Shown here piece after piece: positions 48,102 through 58,229 of a stretch of 64,000 nt of DNA. The notes beneath the pieces are model-generated. The model searched no databases and had not been told where the DNA came from. It saw only the letters and a list, made by a program, of their open reading frames with translations. Position numbers and translations under genes: made by a program. Source of the DNA: Phycisphaerae bacterium (GTDB lineage Bacteria; Planctomycetota; Phycisphaerae; UBA1845); assembly GCA_013360585.1 (NCBI GenBank), contig JABWBH010000014.1:20770-84769 (forward strand), read 5' to 3'. Numbering within the stretch: the first letter of the stretch is position 1; the number at the start of each line of letters is the position of its first letter.

Positions 48102-48785
48102 TTAAACCGCACGCCGGCGCAGGAGAGCGGCGCCTCCCGCCAGCAGCAGCAGCAACGTTGCCGGTTCAGGAATAAACGTGTACGTGATGGTCGCCTCAAC
48201 CTGAAGGAGGGGATCCTGCACTTCCAGTGTCCACGCGTCCGGCGGCGTTCCCTGAAACTGAAGATCGTTGACCATCAGCAGGACGTCGACGACAAAATCC
48301 ACCGTCCCCGGGCCGTCCGTCGTATAAAGGGCGAGCGCCGGATGAAACGTATCGCCGGGGTCGTCGTAGAACAGCGGACCGTTGAACCACGTACCGTCCG
48401 GAGGATTCGGATCAAAGTTCTGACCGTCGCCGTTGTCGACATCAAGAAAAACCGGCGGCGTGGCGAGAATGCGCATTTCGTTGGTTAACACGCCGGGACC
48501 GGTGGCCATCCAACTTCGGATCATGCGCCCGTTAACCGTTGCGGTCTTGAACGGGTCATCGTTGTCGGCACCGAGACGCACCCGCCCCACGTGACGGAAA
48601 TCGACCCGGACATCCTGTAGTTCGAGCGTCCCCCCCTGTGTGTCGAACGTGGGGAACGTGAGGATCTGATTGCCCTGAAGGTCGCTGACGAACGACGCCA
48701 TCTCCGTAAACGACATCTCGTCCGCTCGGACGGACGCGGACGTCGCCGCCAGCAACGCCGCCACGAACAAAGAACGTCTCAGCAT
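48102..48785 (-). CDS. PEP-CTERM sorting-domain protein (choice-of-anchor E-like)
   Basis: Signal peptide, FPTFDTQGGTLELQDV, and C-terminal IPEPATLLLLLAGGAALLRRR. Confidence 0.92.
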   Translation of the reverse strand: MLRRSLFVAALLAATSASVRADEMSFTEMASFVSDLQGNQILTFPTFDTQGGTLELQDVRVDFRHVGRVRLGADNDDPFKTATVNGRMIRSWMATGPGVLTNEMRILATPPVFLDVDNGDGQNFDPNPPDGTWFNGPLFYDDPGDTFHPALALYTTDGPGTVDFVVDVLLMVNDLQFQGTPPDAWTLEVQDPLLQVEATITYTFIPEPATLLLLLAGGAALLRRRAV

Positions 48786-49361
48786 AACCCGCCTCTTCCC
48801 TTCCTGAGCACGCGGAGCGATGACCCGCTCGGTACGGATAGAGCCGCCTCTTCAGGTCCGTCTGCGCGCCACCCCACGCCTTCTCGACGCCCCTTCGCGA
48901 GGTCACCTCCGATGCGCCTAGTGAAGATACCGCATCCGCAATTCGGATTCAACCACATTTTCGAGAGTTGAACCGGTTTTAATCTCTTCTGGCTTGATCC
49001 CGGGACATCCGCTTCCCCCCAGCCAGCGGGGATACGTGAGCGGTTCGACTCGTCCGGGTTCGTCACGGTCGCCTTCCGGGGTCCAAGCCTGCCGCAAGAA
49101 CTTTGGGATGTATCGGACCCGTGCCCTCAGAAACCCGCACGAGCATTATTGTTATCGGACTAAAACAGGCCTTCAGGATCCCCGAGCACGGACATGCAAC
49201 AACAACGCGTCCTCACCCTTGATTTCGCGTGAACTCATGTCGCGACATCAGCGGGTGAGCACGGGTCGGTCTTGAAACGATGTCAATGATGGGCGCCCGA
49301 GTCGTTGCGTGCGATCAAGGAAAAGGCCCAACCCTTGAGCCGCCGGTCGGCGGGCGTCAGT

Positions 49362-50375
49362 TCACATCGCAAGAACCACCTTCCCGAAACGGTCTGCGCT
49401 GATGAGGCGAGCATGCGCCTCAGCAATGTCGCACAGGGGGTAGACGCGGTCGACGACCGGCTTCAGGGTTCCGCAGGCCGTGAGGGAGATGACGGTCGCC
49501 AGTTCGTCGAGCGTCCCCAGCGTGGATCCGAGAACGCTTTGCGCGGCGTAGAAGAAAGACCCGAGGTCGAGCGCGACCCGCGCCCCCTCCGTCACGCCGC
49601 AGACGACCAGCCGTCCGCCGCGCGCCAGGCACGCGACACTCGTCGCCCAGGTTCGGTCGCCGTTGTGATCCACGACGACGTCCGCGCCGCGCCCGCCGGT
49701 GAGCTTGCGCACGACCTTCACGGGATCCTCTGCGACGTAGTGGATCGCGTGATGGGCGCCCAGTTGCAGGGCGCGATCAACCTTCGCGGGAGAACCGGTG
49801 GTCGCAAGGACCGTCGCGCCGGCGAGCCGCGCCATCTGGATCGCCGCATGACCGACGCCGCTGCCGGCGGATTGCACCAGCACGGTCTCGCCCGGCTGAA
49901 CACGGGCCCGCGCGAACAACATGTGCCACGCGGTGAGAAAGGCGATCGGCAGACACGCGGCGTCGAGCCAGCTCAGCGCACACGGCTTGCGGATCAGCAC
50001 CGACGCCGGAACCGCGACGCGCTCCGCCAGCGCCCCGTCACGGTGGGCGCCGAAGATGCGGAAGGAAGACGCCAGCGGCGCGTACCCGCCGGGTGCCGTC
50101 TCGCCCTCGACCACCGCCGGGTAAGCGACCACCTCGTCGCCCGACGCAAACGTGACGACGCCGGGACCGACCTCATCCACGACGCCGGCGACGTCACTTC
50201 CGGGAATCAACGGGCGAGGGAACGACTTTCCGCGGCGCACCCACAGATCCAGGTGATTCAGCGAACAAGCTCTGACCCGGACGACGACCTCGCCCGGACC
50301 GGGAACCGGATCCGGCCGGTCGCCGGTCCGCAGCGCTTCAGGACCGCCGACGGTCTCAAGCCAGGCTGCCTTCAT
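49362..50375 (-). CDS. MDR-family (quinone oxidoreductase-like) dehydrogenase
   Basis: SLNHLDLW, PGSDVAGVV, FLTAWHML, SAGSGVG and FGKVVL. Confidence 0.9.
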   Translation of the reverse strand: MKAAWLETVGGPEALRTGDRPDPVPGPGEVVVRVRACSLNHLDLWVRRGKSFPRPLIPGSDVAGVVDEVGPGVVTFASGDEVVAYPAVVEGETAPGGYAPLASSFRIFGAHRDGALAERVAVPASVLIRKPCALSWLDAACLPIAFLTAWHMLFARARVQPGETVLVQSAGSGVGHAAIQMARLAGATVLATTGSPAKVDRALQLGAHHAIHYVAEDPVKVVRKLTGGRGADVVVDHNGDRTWATSVACLARGGRLVVCGVTEGARVALDLGSFFYAAQSVLGSTLGTLDELATVISLTACGTLKPVVDRVYPLCDIAEAHARLISADRFGKVVLAM

Positions 50376-50407
50376 TCTGCGACTCCGCGGCGGCGCCGGA
50401 CGGACCG

Positions 50408-52432
50408 CTACTCCCGGGCGGCTTCGACTTCCTTCTTATGCTGGTCGATGACCTGCTGCTGCACGTTTCCGGGGACGGGTTCATAATGCGACTCCTCGAT
50501 GGAGAAGCTGCCCTGCCCGCCGCTGATGCTCGAGAGGCGCGAGTTGTAGTCCATCACTTCGCCGAGAGGGATCTGCGCCTTGATGACCGCCAGCCCGCCG
50601 GGCAGGACGTCCTGCCCCACCGGGCGACCGCGCCGCGAGGCGATGTCCCCCTGGATGTCGCCGACCTTGTCGGTCGGGACGGTCACTTCCAGGTTGACGA
50701 TCGGTTCCAGCAGGATGGGTTTCGCCTTCATGAACCCTTCCTTGAACGCCTGCCGCCCGGCGATCTGGAAGGCGATGTCCTTGCTGTCCACCGGGTGGGT
50801 CTTCCCGTCGATCAGTTCGACCTTGACGTCGACGACGGGATACCCGGCGATGACGCCTTCGGCCATCTGCGCCCGGATGCCCTTGTCGACGCTGGGCCGG
50901 AACTGCTGATCGATGGCGCCGCCGAAGATCTTGTCGACGAACTCGTAGCCCTCGCCGCGCTGTGCAGGAAGGACGTTGATGACGATCTTGGCGTACTGTC
51001 CTGCGCCGCCGGTCTGTTTCTTGTGGGTGTACTCGATGTTGTCGGCGCGCCCGGCGATCGTCTCGCGGTAGGGAATCTTCGGCGTTTTCGTGAGCACTTC
51101 GAGCTTGAAGTAGTGTTTCAGGCGGTTGAGGATCGTGCGCACGTGGGTGTCGTCCAGCCCGCGGAGCACCATCTCGCCCGCCTGCGTGCGTTCGAGGCGC
51201 AGACAGGGGTCTTCATCCGTGTAGCGTCGGATCGCCTGGGCGATCTTGTCCTCGTCGCCGCGGGACTTGGATTCGAGCGCCAGCGGGAACATCGGCGCAG
51301 GGATCGGGGGTTTCTCGATCGTTCCGCCTTTGTTCGTGAACACCACGTCGCCGACGTGAAGGTCCAGCTTGGCGAGCGACACGATGTCGCCCGACACGCC
51401 CGCCTCGACCTCCTTGTGCTCAGCGCCGAGCAGGCGCTGCAACTGCCCGGGACGGAAGCCCTTGCGGTCCGCCACGGTCTTGATGCTCATGTCGTGCGTC
51501 AGCTTGCCGGAAAGGCACCGCAGACCGAGATACTTGATCCCCGTCTTCGGGTCGCTGGACACCTTGAAGATCTGTCCGACGAAATCCGCCCCGGTCGGAT
51601 CCACCGGCATCTCATGCCCGTCGTCCACCATCACGCGGCGCTTCGCCTGAAGCGGGCTGGGGAACAAGCCGACGATCGCATCCAGCAGCTCCGCGATTCC
51701 GATTTCCGCGCGGCTGTTGACGAAAAACGTGGGGATGAACGTCTGCGCCGCCACGGCCTTGGGCGCGGTGGCGAGGGCTTCGTCCTTCGAGACCTCGCCG
51801 CCGAGGTACTTCTCCATCATCGCGTCGTCGACGCTGACGATCGCCTCGAGGACGCCGGTGTGCGCCTCGCCGACGTCGAAAATGTCCGCCGCGCCGGATT
51901 CGTTCGTCAGGCAGTCGATGACGCTTTTTCCCGATCCGGTCGGCAGCGTCACCGGCACGCACTCGTTGCCGAAGACCGAGCGAAGGTTGCCCAGCACCTC
52001 CTCCAGGTTGACGTTCGGCGCGTCGATCTTGCTGACCACGATGGCCAGCCCGATGCCGTACTTCTTCGCCCGCTCGAACATCTTGCGCGTATTGACCTCG
52101 ATGCCCGAGGACGCGGAAACCACGACGATGGCCGTGTCCGCCGCGATCAACCCGCCGATCGCCGGTCCGGCGAACGCGGCGGTTCCGGGAGTGTCCACGA
52201 TGTTGACGTGGTGTCCCTTGTGCACGAGGTAACAGACGGCGGAGTCGGTGGACCCGCCCTTCTCCTTGGCTTCGTCGGTGACGTCGAGGACGGACGTCTT
52301 ATCCGCGGTGGATCCGAGGCGGTTGGTGACGCCGGCCTTGTGCAGCATGGCCTCGGCGAGGGAGGTTTTGCCCGACCCTCCGTGACCGACGAGGACGACG
52401 TTGCGATATTTACCGACTTCGTAAACCGCCAT
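50408..52432 (-). CDS. fusA: Elongation factor G paralogue (EF-G2-like)
   Basis: GHGGSGKTSL, DTPG, PYRETI, HKKQTGGAGQY, DGKTHPVDS and LLEPI. G-domain is divergent (DTPGT, SKID). Confidence 0.92.
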   Translation of the reverse strand: MAVYEVGKYRNVVLVGHGGSGKTSLAEAMLHKAGVTNRLGSTADKTSVLDVTDEAKEKGGSTDSAVCYLVHKGHHVNIVDTPGTAAFAGPAIGGLIAADTAIVVVSASSGIEVNTRKMFERAKKYGIGLAIVVSKIDAPNVNLEEVLGNLRSVFGNECVPVTLPTGSGKSVIDCLTNESGAADIFDVGEAHTGVLEAIVSVDDAMMEKYLGGEVSKDEALATAPKAVAAQTFIPTFFVNSRAEIGIAELLDAIVGLFPSPLQAKRRVMVDDGHEMPVDPTGADFVGQIFKVSSDPKTGIKYLGLRCLSGKLTHDMSIKTVADRKGFRPGQLQRLLGAEHKEVEAGVSGDIVSLAKLDLHVGDVVFTNKGGTIEKPPIPAPMFPLALESKSRGDEDKIAQAIRRYTDEDPCLRLERTQAGEMVLRGLDDTHVRTILNRLKHYFKLEVLTKTPKIPYRETIAGRADNIEYTHKKQTGGAGQYAKIVINVLPAQRGEGYEFVDKIFGGAIDQQFRPSVDKGIRAQMAEGVIAGYPVVDVKVELIDGKTHPVDSKDIAFQIAGRQAFKEGFMKAKPILLEPIVNLEVTVPTDKVGDIQGDIASRRGRPVGQDVLPGGLAVIKAQIPLGEVMDYNSRLSSISGGQGSFSIEESHYEPVPGNVQQQVIDQHKKEVEAARE

Positions 52433-52710
52433 GCCTGACTCCTGCGAAGCGTAAACGTTTCTGAATTGAACGGTTAAACCTTCTGCATCGCGTCCGGTAA
52501 AGACCGGATTACGGCTGCGTCACGTCGGGATGACGTGTTATCACATGAAGTTCGCGCAAGCAACACCTGCGCCCTCGCGCTGAAGGGGTGTGCATGCGTC
52601 CGTCGGAACGAGGGGGCGCGGCGGCGGAGCACGTCTTGCGCGATCCTCGATCCCGGTTTCGCTTGCGATGTCCTATAACCCCCCCGCGCTCAAGTCATCC
52701 GACCGGTAAC

Positions 52711-52738
52711 TAAAGACGCCCTCGGGGCGCGACGATGG
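52711..52738 (+). promoter_or_regulatory. sigma28 (FliA)-like promoter of flagellin
   Basis: TAAA-16 nt-GACGATGG versus consensus TAAA-N15/16-GCCGATAA, about 85 nt upstream of the start. Confidence 0.6.
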
Positions 52739-52821
52739 CAGCATTGACCTCAATACCGCACAGGGTGGTGCGGCGCCGACGAGCTTGGACCAAAACTCTC
52801 GGCACTATCAGGGAGGATACG

Positions 52822-54234
52822 ATGAGCCGGATCAATACGAACGTCCCCGCCCTTCAGGCGGTCGGTCGACTTCGGGTCAACCAGGGCGACCTGGTCATGC
52901 GACTCGAGCGTCTCAGCACCGGGCTGCGGATCAACCGCGGCAAGGACGATCCCGCGGGACTGATTGCGTCCGAGACGTTGCGCAACGAGATCGGCGCGAT
53001 CCGCCAGGCGCTGGAGAACTCCCAGCGGGCGATCAACGTCATCTCCACGGCCGAAGGCGCGCTGAACGAGGTGTCATCGCTGCTGCAGCAGCTTCAGGGG
53101 CTTGTCGTCGAGATCGCCAACAAGGGGGGGTTGACCGAGGAGGAGGTCAGCGCCAACCAGCTCGAGATCGACTCGATCCTCACCAGCATCGACCGCATCT
53201 CCAACACCGCCGAGTTCGGCGGCACGAAGCTCCTCGACGGCAGCCGGGCGTATACGACGGCTTCCGCCGACACCGGCGCTCTCGCTCACATCGCGCTTTA
53301 CGCGGCGCGGGTGCCCGAGGGAAGCTCGCGCAACATTCTCGTCGAGGTGACGCAGTCGGCGCAGGTCGCCGAATTGAGCTTCATCGGAACGACGACCAGC
53401 GCGGTGACGATCGAGATTTCCGGCGTGCGCGGGACCGACATCCTGACGTTCGCCTCCGGCACAGCGATCGCGGACATCGCCCGCGGCATTAACGATCTGA
53501 AGGATCTGACGGGCATTTCCGCCGTCGTTTCCGGCTCGAACGCCCTGATCCTCAACAGCACCGGCTACGGCGAGAACGAGTTCGTCCGCGTCAAGCCGAT
53601 CTCGGGCAACTTCATCGAAGCGAACAACGGATCGACGATCCAGGACTTCGGGCAGGACGCCGGGGTGCTCGTCAACGGACAGGTCGCTTCGGTGGACGGG
53701 CTGCGCGTCGACGTCCGCTCCAGCGGCATCGACGCCCGCTTCTACCTGACCGAGGCGTTCGGAACGGCGCTGTCCTCGACGACCTTCCGGATCACCGGCG
53801 GCGGCGCCGTCTTCCAGCTCGGACCGGAGGTCAATCAGAACGCCCAGGTCAGCCTCGGGTTCGAGTCCATCTCGACCGGCAACCTCGGCAACGCCGTCGC
53901 CGGATACCTGCGCACGCTGGCGTCGGGCAACACCAACGAGGTGTCAAAGAACAACACCTACGCCGCTCAGGTGATCATCTCCGAGGCGATCAATCAGGTC
54001 GCGGTCTACCGCGGACGCCTCGGCAGCGTGCAGCGCAACCAGATCGAAACGAACATGAACAGTCAGCAGGTCGCGCTGGAGAACGTCACGGCCTCGGAGT
54101 CGGCGATCCGCGACGCGGATTACGCCACCGAGGTCGCGGCCCTGACGCGGGCGCAGATCCTGTCGCAGGCGACGCAAGCCAACCTGCAACTGGCGATCCA
54201 GCTTCCGTCGCAGGTGCTTTCGCTGCTCGGATAG
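52822..54234 (+). CDS. fliC: Flagellin
   Basis: MSRINTNV, LERLSTGLRINRGKDDPAGL, STAEGAL and C-terminal SAIRDADYATEVAALTRAQIL...VLSLLG; GGAGG RBS. Confidence 0.96.
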   Translation: MSRINTNVPALQAVGRLRVNQGDLVMRLERLSTGLRINRGKDDPAGLIASETLRNEIGAIRQALENSQRAINVISTAEGALNEVSSLLQQLQGLVVEIANKGGLTEEEVSANQLEIDSILTSIDRISNTAEFGGTKLLDGSRAYTTASADTGALAHIALYAARVPEGSSRNILVEVTQSAQVAELSFIGTTTSAVTIEISGVRGTDILTFASGTAIADIARGINDLKDLTGISAVVSGSNALILNSTGYGENEFVRVKPISGNFIEANNGSTIQDFGQDAGVLVNGQVASVDGLRVDVRSSGIDARFYLTEAFGTALSSTTFRITGGGAVFQLGPEVNQNAQVSLGFESISTGNLGNAVAGYLRTLASGNTNEVSKNNTYAAQVIISEAINQVAVYRGRLGSVQRNQIETNMNSQQVALENVTASESAIRDADYATEVAALTRAQILSQATQANLQLAIQLPSQVLSLLG

Positions 54235-54271
54235 GTTCCCTGAAAAGCTGCTCGGATAGGTTCCCTGAAAA
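54222..54271. repeat. Perfect 25-bp tandem duplication spanning the flagellin stop codon
   Basis: gctgctcggataggttccctgaaaa occurs twice. Confidence 0.9.
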
Positions 54272-54302
54272 ACGGATTCGTTCGGCACGGACGCCGACCG
54301 TC

Positions 54303-54338
54303 GCGACCCTCTCGAACCCGAGAGGGTCGCTTTCGTTT
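54303..54338 (+). terminator. Intrinsic terminator after flagellin
   Basis: GCGACCCTCTCG-AACC-CGAGAGGGTCGC (12-bp stem) followed by TTTCGTTT. Confidence 0.8.
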
Positions 54339-54426
54339 CACGGATCCGCAACCCTGACGGGGCAGCGTTGAACCCGGGACAACCGCATTCTGACTTCGAA
54401 TCCGGGTGGCTTGGCCTTTCGACAGG

Positions 54427-54537
54427 GTGGCGGGGTGGCATGCTCTCGTGGCGGGGTGGCATGCTCTCGCAGTACTCCGCGTGAGCATGCGGGCGGAGTA
54501 GCGGGGTGGCATGACCTGGCGTACTCGCCTGGCCATG
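54427..54537. repeat. Cluster of REP-like repeats (family C)
   Basis: gtggcggggtggcatgctctc twice, a third gtagcggggtggcatg, and hairpins gcatgctc...gagcatgc. Confidence 0.65.
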
Positions 54538-54789
54538 CTACAGGAGCAGAAAGCCCGTTTCTTCCGGACACGGGTCCACTGCTGCGCCCCTCCCGACGTG
54601 CCGGCAAATCTCAGTATGCGGTTGCCCTGGGGTTGAACCTCGCGGCGCGGGCAGGTGGTTGGAGGCGGACGCCTCGATCGGGTAGGATAGGTTCTCCGCA
54701 CCCGCAGCGGCTTGCCGCGATCGTCCCCGCGCAGGCGTTGGATGGCGCCGCGTCGGGGGCGGCGGCGACGCATCAACGAGGACAGTTTC

Positions 54790-55881
54790 ATGCAGGATTT
54801 TTTACCGATCCAGGGCTACGACCACATTGAGTTCTACGTCGGCAACGCCAAGCAGGCGGCGCATTTTTACGAGAAGGTCTTCGGATTCACGCCGGCGGCG
54901 AAGTCCGGCCTCGAGACCGGCGTGCGCGACCGGGCGAGCTACGTGCTGCGGCAGGGGAACATCACGTTCGTGTTCACCTGCGCGCTGACGCCGGATCACG
55001 AGATCGCCCGCCATCAGGCGCTGCACGGCGACGGTGTGAAGTGCATCGCGCTGGCGGTGGCCGACGTGGAGGCGGCGCTGCGCGAGGTGAAGGCCCGGGG
55101 CGCGACGATCGTCCAGCCGGCGCAGGTGTTCGAGGATGACGCCGGCGCACTGAAGACCGGCGTGATCCGTTACGCCGGGGACACGGTCTTCAAGTTCGTC
55201 GAGCGGAGGAACTACCGCGGCGTTTTCGCGCCGGGGTACAAAGCGATCGAGCTTCGCGGGACGGTGCGTCCGGTGGGGCTGGCGGCCGTGGATCACATGG
55301 TCACCAACGTCCACCTCGGCGAGATGAACTACTGGGTGGGCTGGTTCCAGCAGGTGATGGGCTTTTCGCAGCTTTGTCACTTCAGCGATCAGGACATCAG
55401 CACCGAGTACAGCGCCCTGATGAGCAAGGTGATGGAGAACGGATCGGGCAAGATCAAGCTGCCGATCAACGAACCGGCGGAGGGGCGGAAAAAGTCGCAG
55501 ATCGACGAGTACCTCGACTGGTACAACGGACCGGGCATCCAGCACATCGCGATGAGCACGAAGGATATCTGCGCGTCGGTGCGCGAGCTGCGCGAGCGGG
55601 ACATCGACTTCCTCCGCGTGCCGGACACGTATTACGAAGACCTCCGCCAGCGCGTCGGCGACATCGGCGAGGATTACGACGAGCTTCAGGAACTGGGCAT
55701 CCTCGTGGACCGCGACGACGACGGCTACCTGCTCCAGATCTTCACCCAGCCGATGCAGGACCGCCCGACGCTGTTCTTCGAGGTGATCGAGCGCCACGGT
55801 TCACGCGGGTTCGGTCTGGGCAACTTCAAGGCGCTCTTCGTCTCGCTGGAGCGCGAGCAGGCGGCGCGGGGGAATCTGTAG
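54790..55881 (+). CDS. hppD: 4-hydroxyphenylpyruvate dioxygenase
   Basis: HGDGVK, PINEPAEGRKKSQIDEYL, GIQHIA, LLQIFT, RPTLFFEVIER and FGLGNFKALF. Confidence 0.97.
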   Translation: MQDFLPIQGYDHIEFYVGNAKQAAHFYEKVFGFTPAAKSGLETGVRDRASYVLRQGNITFVFTCALTPDHEIARHQALHGDGVKCIALAVADVEAALREVKARGATIVQPAQVFEDDAGALKTGVIRYAGDTVFKFVERRNYRGVFAPGYKAIELRGTVRPVGLAAVDHMVTNVHLGEMNYWVGWFQQVMGFSQLCHFSDQDISTEYSALMSKVMENGSGKIKLPINEPAEGRKKSQIDEYLDWYNGPGIQHIAMSTKDICASVRELRERDIDFLRVPDTYYEDLRQRVGDIGEDYDELQELGILVDRDDDGYLLQIFTQPMQDRPTLFFEVIERHGSRGFGLGNFKALFVSLEREQAARGNL

Positions 55882-56136
55882 CTGAGACTGACGCGCCGCG
55901 GGACGGGAACAGACGCTCCTTGATCGGGGGACTGCGCGACGGGAACGAGGATTCGCCAGCCTTTCGCGCCTTGCGATCGGAGAGACACCCTCGCTGTTTT
56001 GCGTTCGCGTTATTGTTGACGCGATCGCGTTAAGCTTTGACGGATTCACGGGTGTTTTTTGTTGCCAACCTGTTGGCATGTTCGTACCCTGCATTGAGAC
56101 ATTGCCTCAAGACCTCCGGAGGAAGGCGAGATAAGA

Positions 56137-56162
56137 ACGCTTCCTCACGGGCACGGCTCGGT
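56137..56162 (-). repeat. REP-like repeat (family A)
   Basis: Reverse complement accgagccgtgcccgtgaggaagcgt is 24/26 identical to 60709-60734. Confidence 0.7.
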
Positions 56163-56256
56163 ATCGAAGCCTCGGTATTGAGGCCGCGTACAACAGGCAC
56201 GTTGACGTGCGGTTTGCGGACAACCTTGTCGAGTCATCAGGGAAGCGAGATCGAAC

Positions 56257-57015
56257 ATGAGTCATCAAAGCCTGAAGGGGAAGGTCAGCCTGGTGACCGG
56301 CGCGTCGCGGGGGATCGGGAAGGCGATCGCGGCGGAGCTGGCGGCGGCGGGCAGCGACGTGGCGGTCAACTATGTCTCGCCGTCCAGCGAGGACAAGGCG
56401 AGGCAGGTCGCGGACAAGCTCGTCCAGATGGGCGTGCGGGCGAAGGCGTACCGTGCGGATGTTTCGGACATCGCGCAGGCCGACGGGATGATCGCCGACA
56501 TCGTGCGCGACTTCGGGCGCGTCGACGTGCTGGTCAACAACGCGGCGATCAACCGCGACAAGACGTTCATGAAACTGCCGCGCGAGCAGTGGGACGAAGT
56601 CGTCCGCGTCAACCTCGGCGGCGCGTACAACCTGATTCACACGCTGCTGCCGTCGATGGTTGAGACCGGATGGGGGCGCATCATCAGCATCGTCAGCGTC
56701 GTCGCCCAGATGGGCAACTTCGGACAGACGAACTACTCCGCGTCGAAGGGGGCGGTGATGGCGTTTACGAAGTCGCTCGCCCGCGAGGTGGGGCGGAAGA
56801 ACGTGACGGTCAACTGCGTCGCGCCCGGCTACATCGAGACGGACATGACCGCGGGCGTTCCGGAAAAGGTCATCCATCACGTCAAGGACATCACGCCGAT
56901 CGGGCGCCTCGGATCGCCCGAGGAGGTCGCCTTCGCCGTCCGCTTTCTCGCGGACCCGCGCGCGTCATACATCACCGGGCAGGTCGTCGCCGTCAACGGT
57001 GGGATGTACATGTAG
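56257..57015 (+). CDS. SDR: acetoacetyl-CoA reductase (PhaB) / FabG-like
   Basis: TGASRGIG, NNAAINRD, GNFGQTNYSASKG, APGYIETDM and NGGMYM. Confidence 0.88.
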   Translation: MSHQSLKGKVSLVTGASRGIGKAIAAELAAAGSDVAVNYVSPSSEDKARQVADKLVQMGVRAKAYRADVSDIAQADGMIADIVRDFGRVDVLVNNAAINRDKTFMKLPREQWDEVVRVNLGGAYNLIHTLLPSMVETGWGRIISIVSVVAQMGNFGQTNYSASKGAVMAFTKSLAREVGRKNVTVNCVAPGYIETDMTAGVPEKVIHHVKDITPIGRLGSPEEVAFAVRFLADPRASYITGQVVAVNGGMYM

Positions 57016-57162
57016 TTGGGAATGAATGAAGATCGGATGACGAAAGCGCACCCGGAGACCGTCGTCTGATCGTCTGATCGCCGCTGAATTGTATACTCGT
57101 ACCGCCTTCGGCGAATTGGCGTCGAGAGGGTATTCGGACCTGAGCGAAGCCGGCGAGGGGGC

Positions 57163-57945
57163 GTGGCGATGGGGTTGGTGGCGGTGCGGTGGTTCGATGT
57201 CCACGTTTCGGGCGTCGGCACGGCGCTGGACGGCTTCCGCATCGCGCACCTTTCCGATCTGCACTTCCGCCGCTGGAATCCCGTCCTTGAAGAGGCGCGG
57301 GAGTTGCTGGGGACGCTCGAATACGATGCCCTGGCCGTCACGGGCGACTTCGCGGAGTGGCCCCACCGCTGGCCGCGCGCGGTCGAGATGATGAAGCGCT
57401 TCTTCGAGCCGGCGTATGCGCGGGGGATGGTCTACGCGACGCTGGGCAATCACGATCACGAGCGGATCGCGGACGACCGCGGGGATCCGATCCGCTTTCT
57501 GCGGGATGAGTCGGTCGTTCTTGAGCACGGTGGAGGTCGCGTGCGGCTGGCGGGGGTGGACCAGCTCGTGAAACGCGGGGGCGATGTGCCTCGCGCGTTG
57601 GGTCCGGCGGATGACCTTCCGACCGTGCTGCTGGCGCATTATCCTTCGACGGCGCATCGCCTCGAGCCGGACCGCGTCGGGCTTCAGCTTTCGGGACACA
57701 CGCACGGCGGGCAGTGGCGGTTTCCCGGTATCGGCTGCCTCTGGGGGAATGACCGGATTCACCCGCGGCAGGCGTGGGGGCTGCACCGGATACGGTGGAC
57801 GCAGGTTCACGTATCCGCGGGGATCGGCACGTCGCTTCCGGTTCATGCTCGGATTAACTGCCCACCCGAGGTCACCGTCCTGACGCTTCGTTGCCGGGCG
57901 CTCGCCGTGCGATCTGAAGGTGCGGTTATCGGGACGGGACGGTAG
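57163..57945 (+). CDS. Metallophosphoesterase (YkuE/YaeI-like)
   Basis: SDLH, TGD, LGNHD, LAHYP and SGHTHGGQ. Confidence 0.92.
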   Translation: MAMGLVAVRWFDVHVSGVGTALDGFRIAHLSDLHFRRWNPVLEEARELLGTLEYDALAVTGDFAEWPHRWPRAVEMMKRFFEPAYARGMVYATLGNHDHERIADDRGDPIRFLRDESVVLEHGGGRVRLAGVDQLVKRGGDVPRALGPADDLPTVLLAHYPSTAHRLEPDRVGLQLSGHTHGGQWRFPGIGCLWGNDRIHPRQAWGLHRIRWTQVHVSAGIGTSLPVHARINCPPEVTVLTLRCRALAVRSEGAVIGTGR

Positions 57946-58229
57946 ACGGAGGATTGACCGGCGCTTGGTGTGCGCTAAGTTGTGATTAAGTCTCTCCCGA
58001 CGATTTGCCCCTGAAAGTGCGAAAATTATCTGGAGCTTCTTTTTTTAAACCGAAGGTCATCGCGGAGTGGGGATTGTAGACTTGGCGAGTCGTGCGGAAT
58101 GCAACAGCGGGAAACACCCCAGTCCGGCGGAGTCGGGTCAGCGGGGTCAACGTGAAGGAGCGATGAAAAGCGGGGTCGCGCGGGTTGCGCGAGTGCAGCA
58201 GCGGGTTAGTGGACAGGTTCGGAATCGGG

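Noticed and set aside
54222-54537. CRISPR array
   Set aside because: Only 2-3 repeat units, no regular unique spacers and no cas genes.
56257-57015. PHA synthesis operon
   Set aside because: No phaA or phaC is adjacent, and PhaB cannot be separated from FabG by eye.
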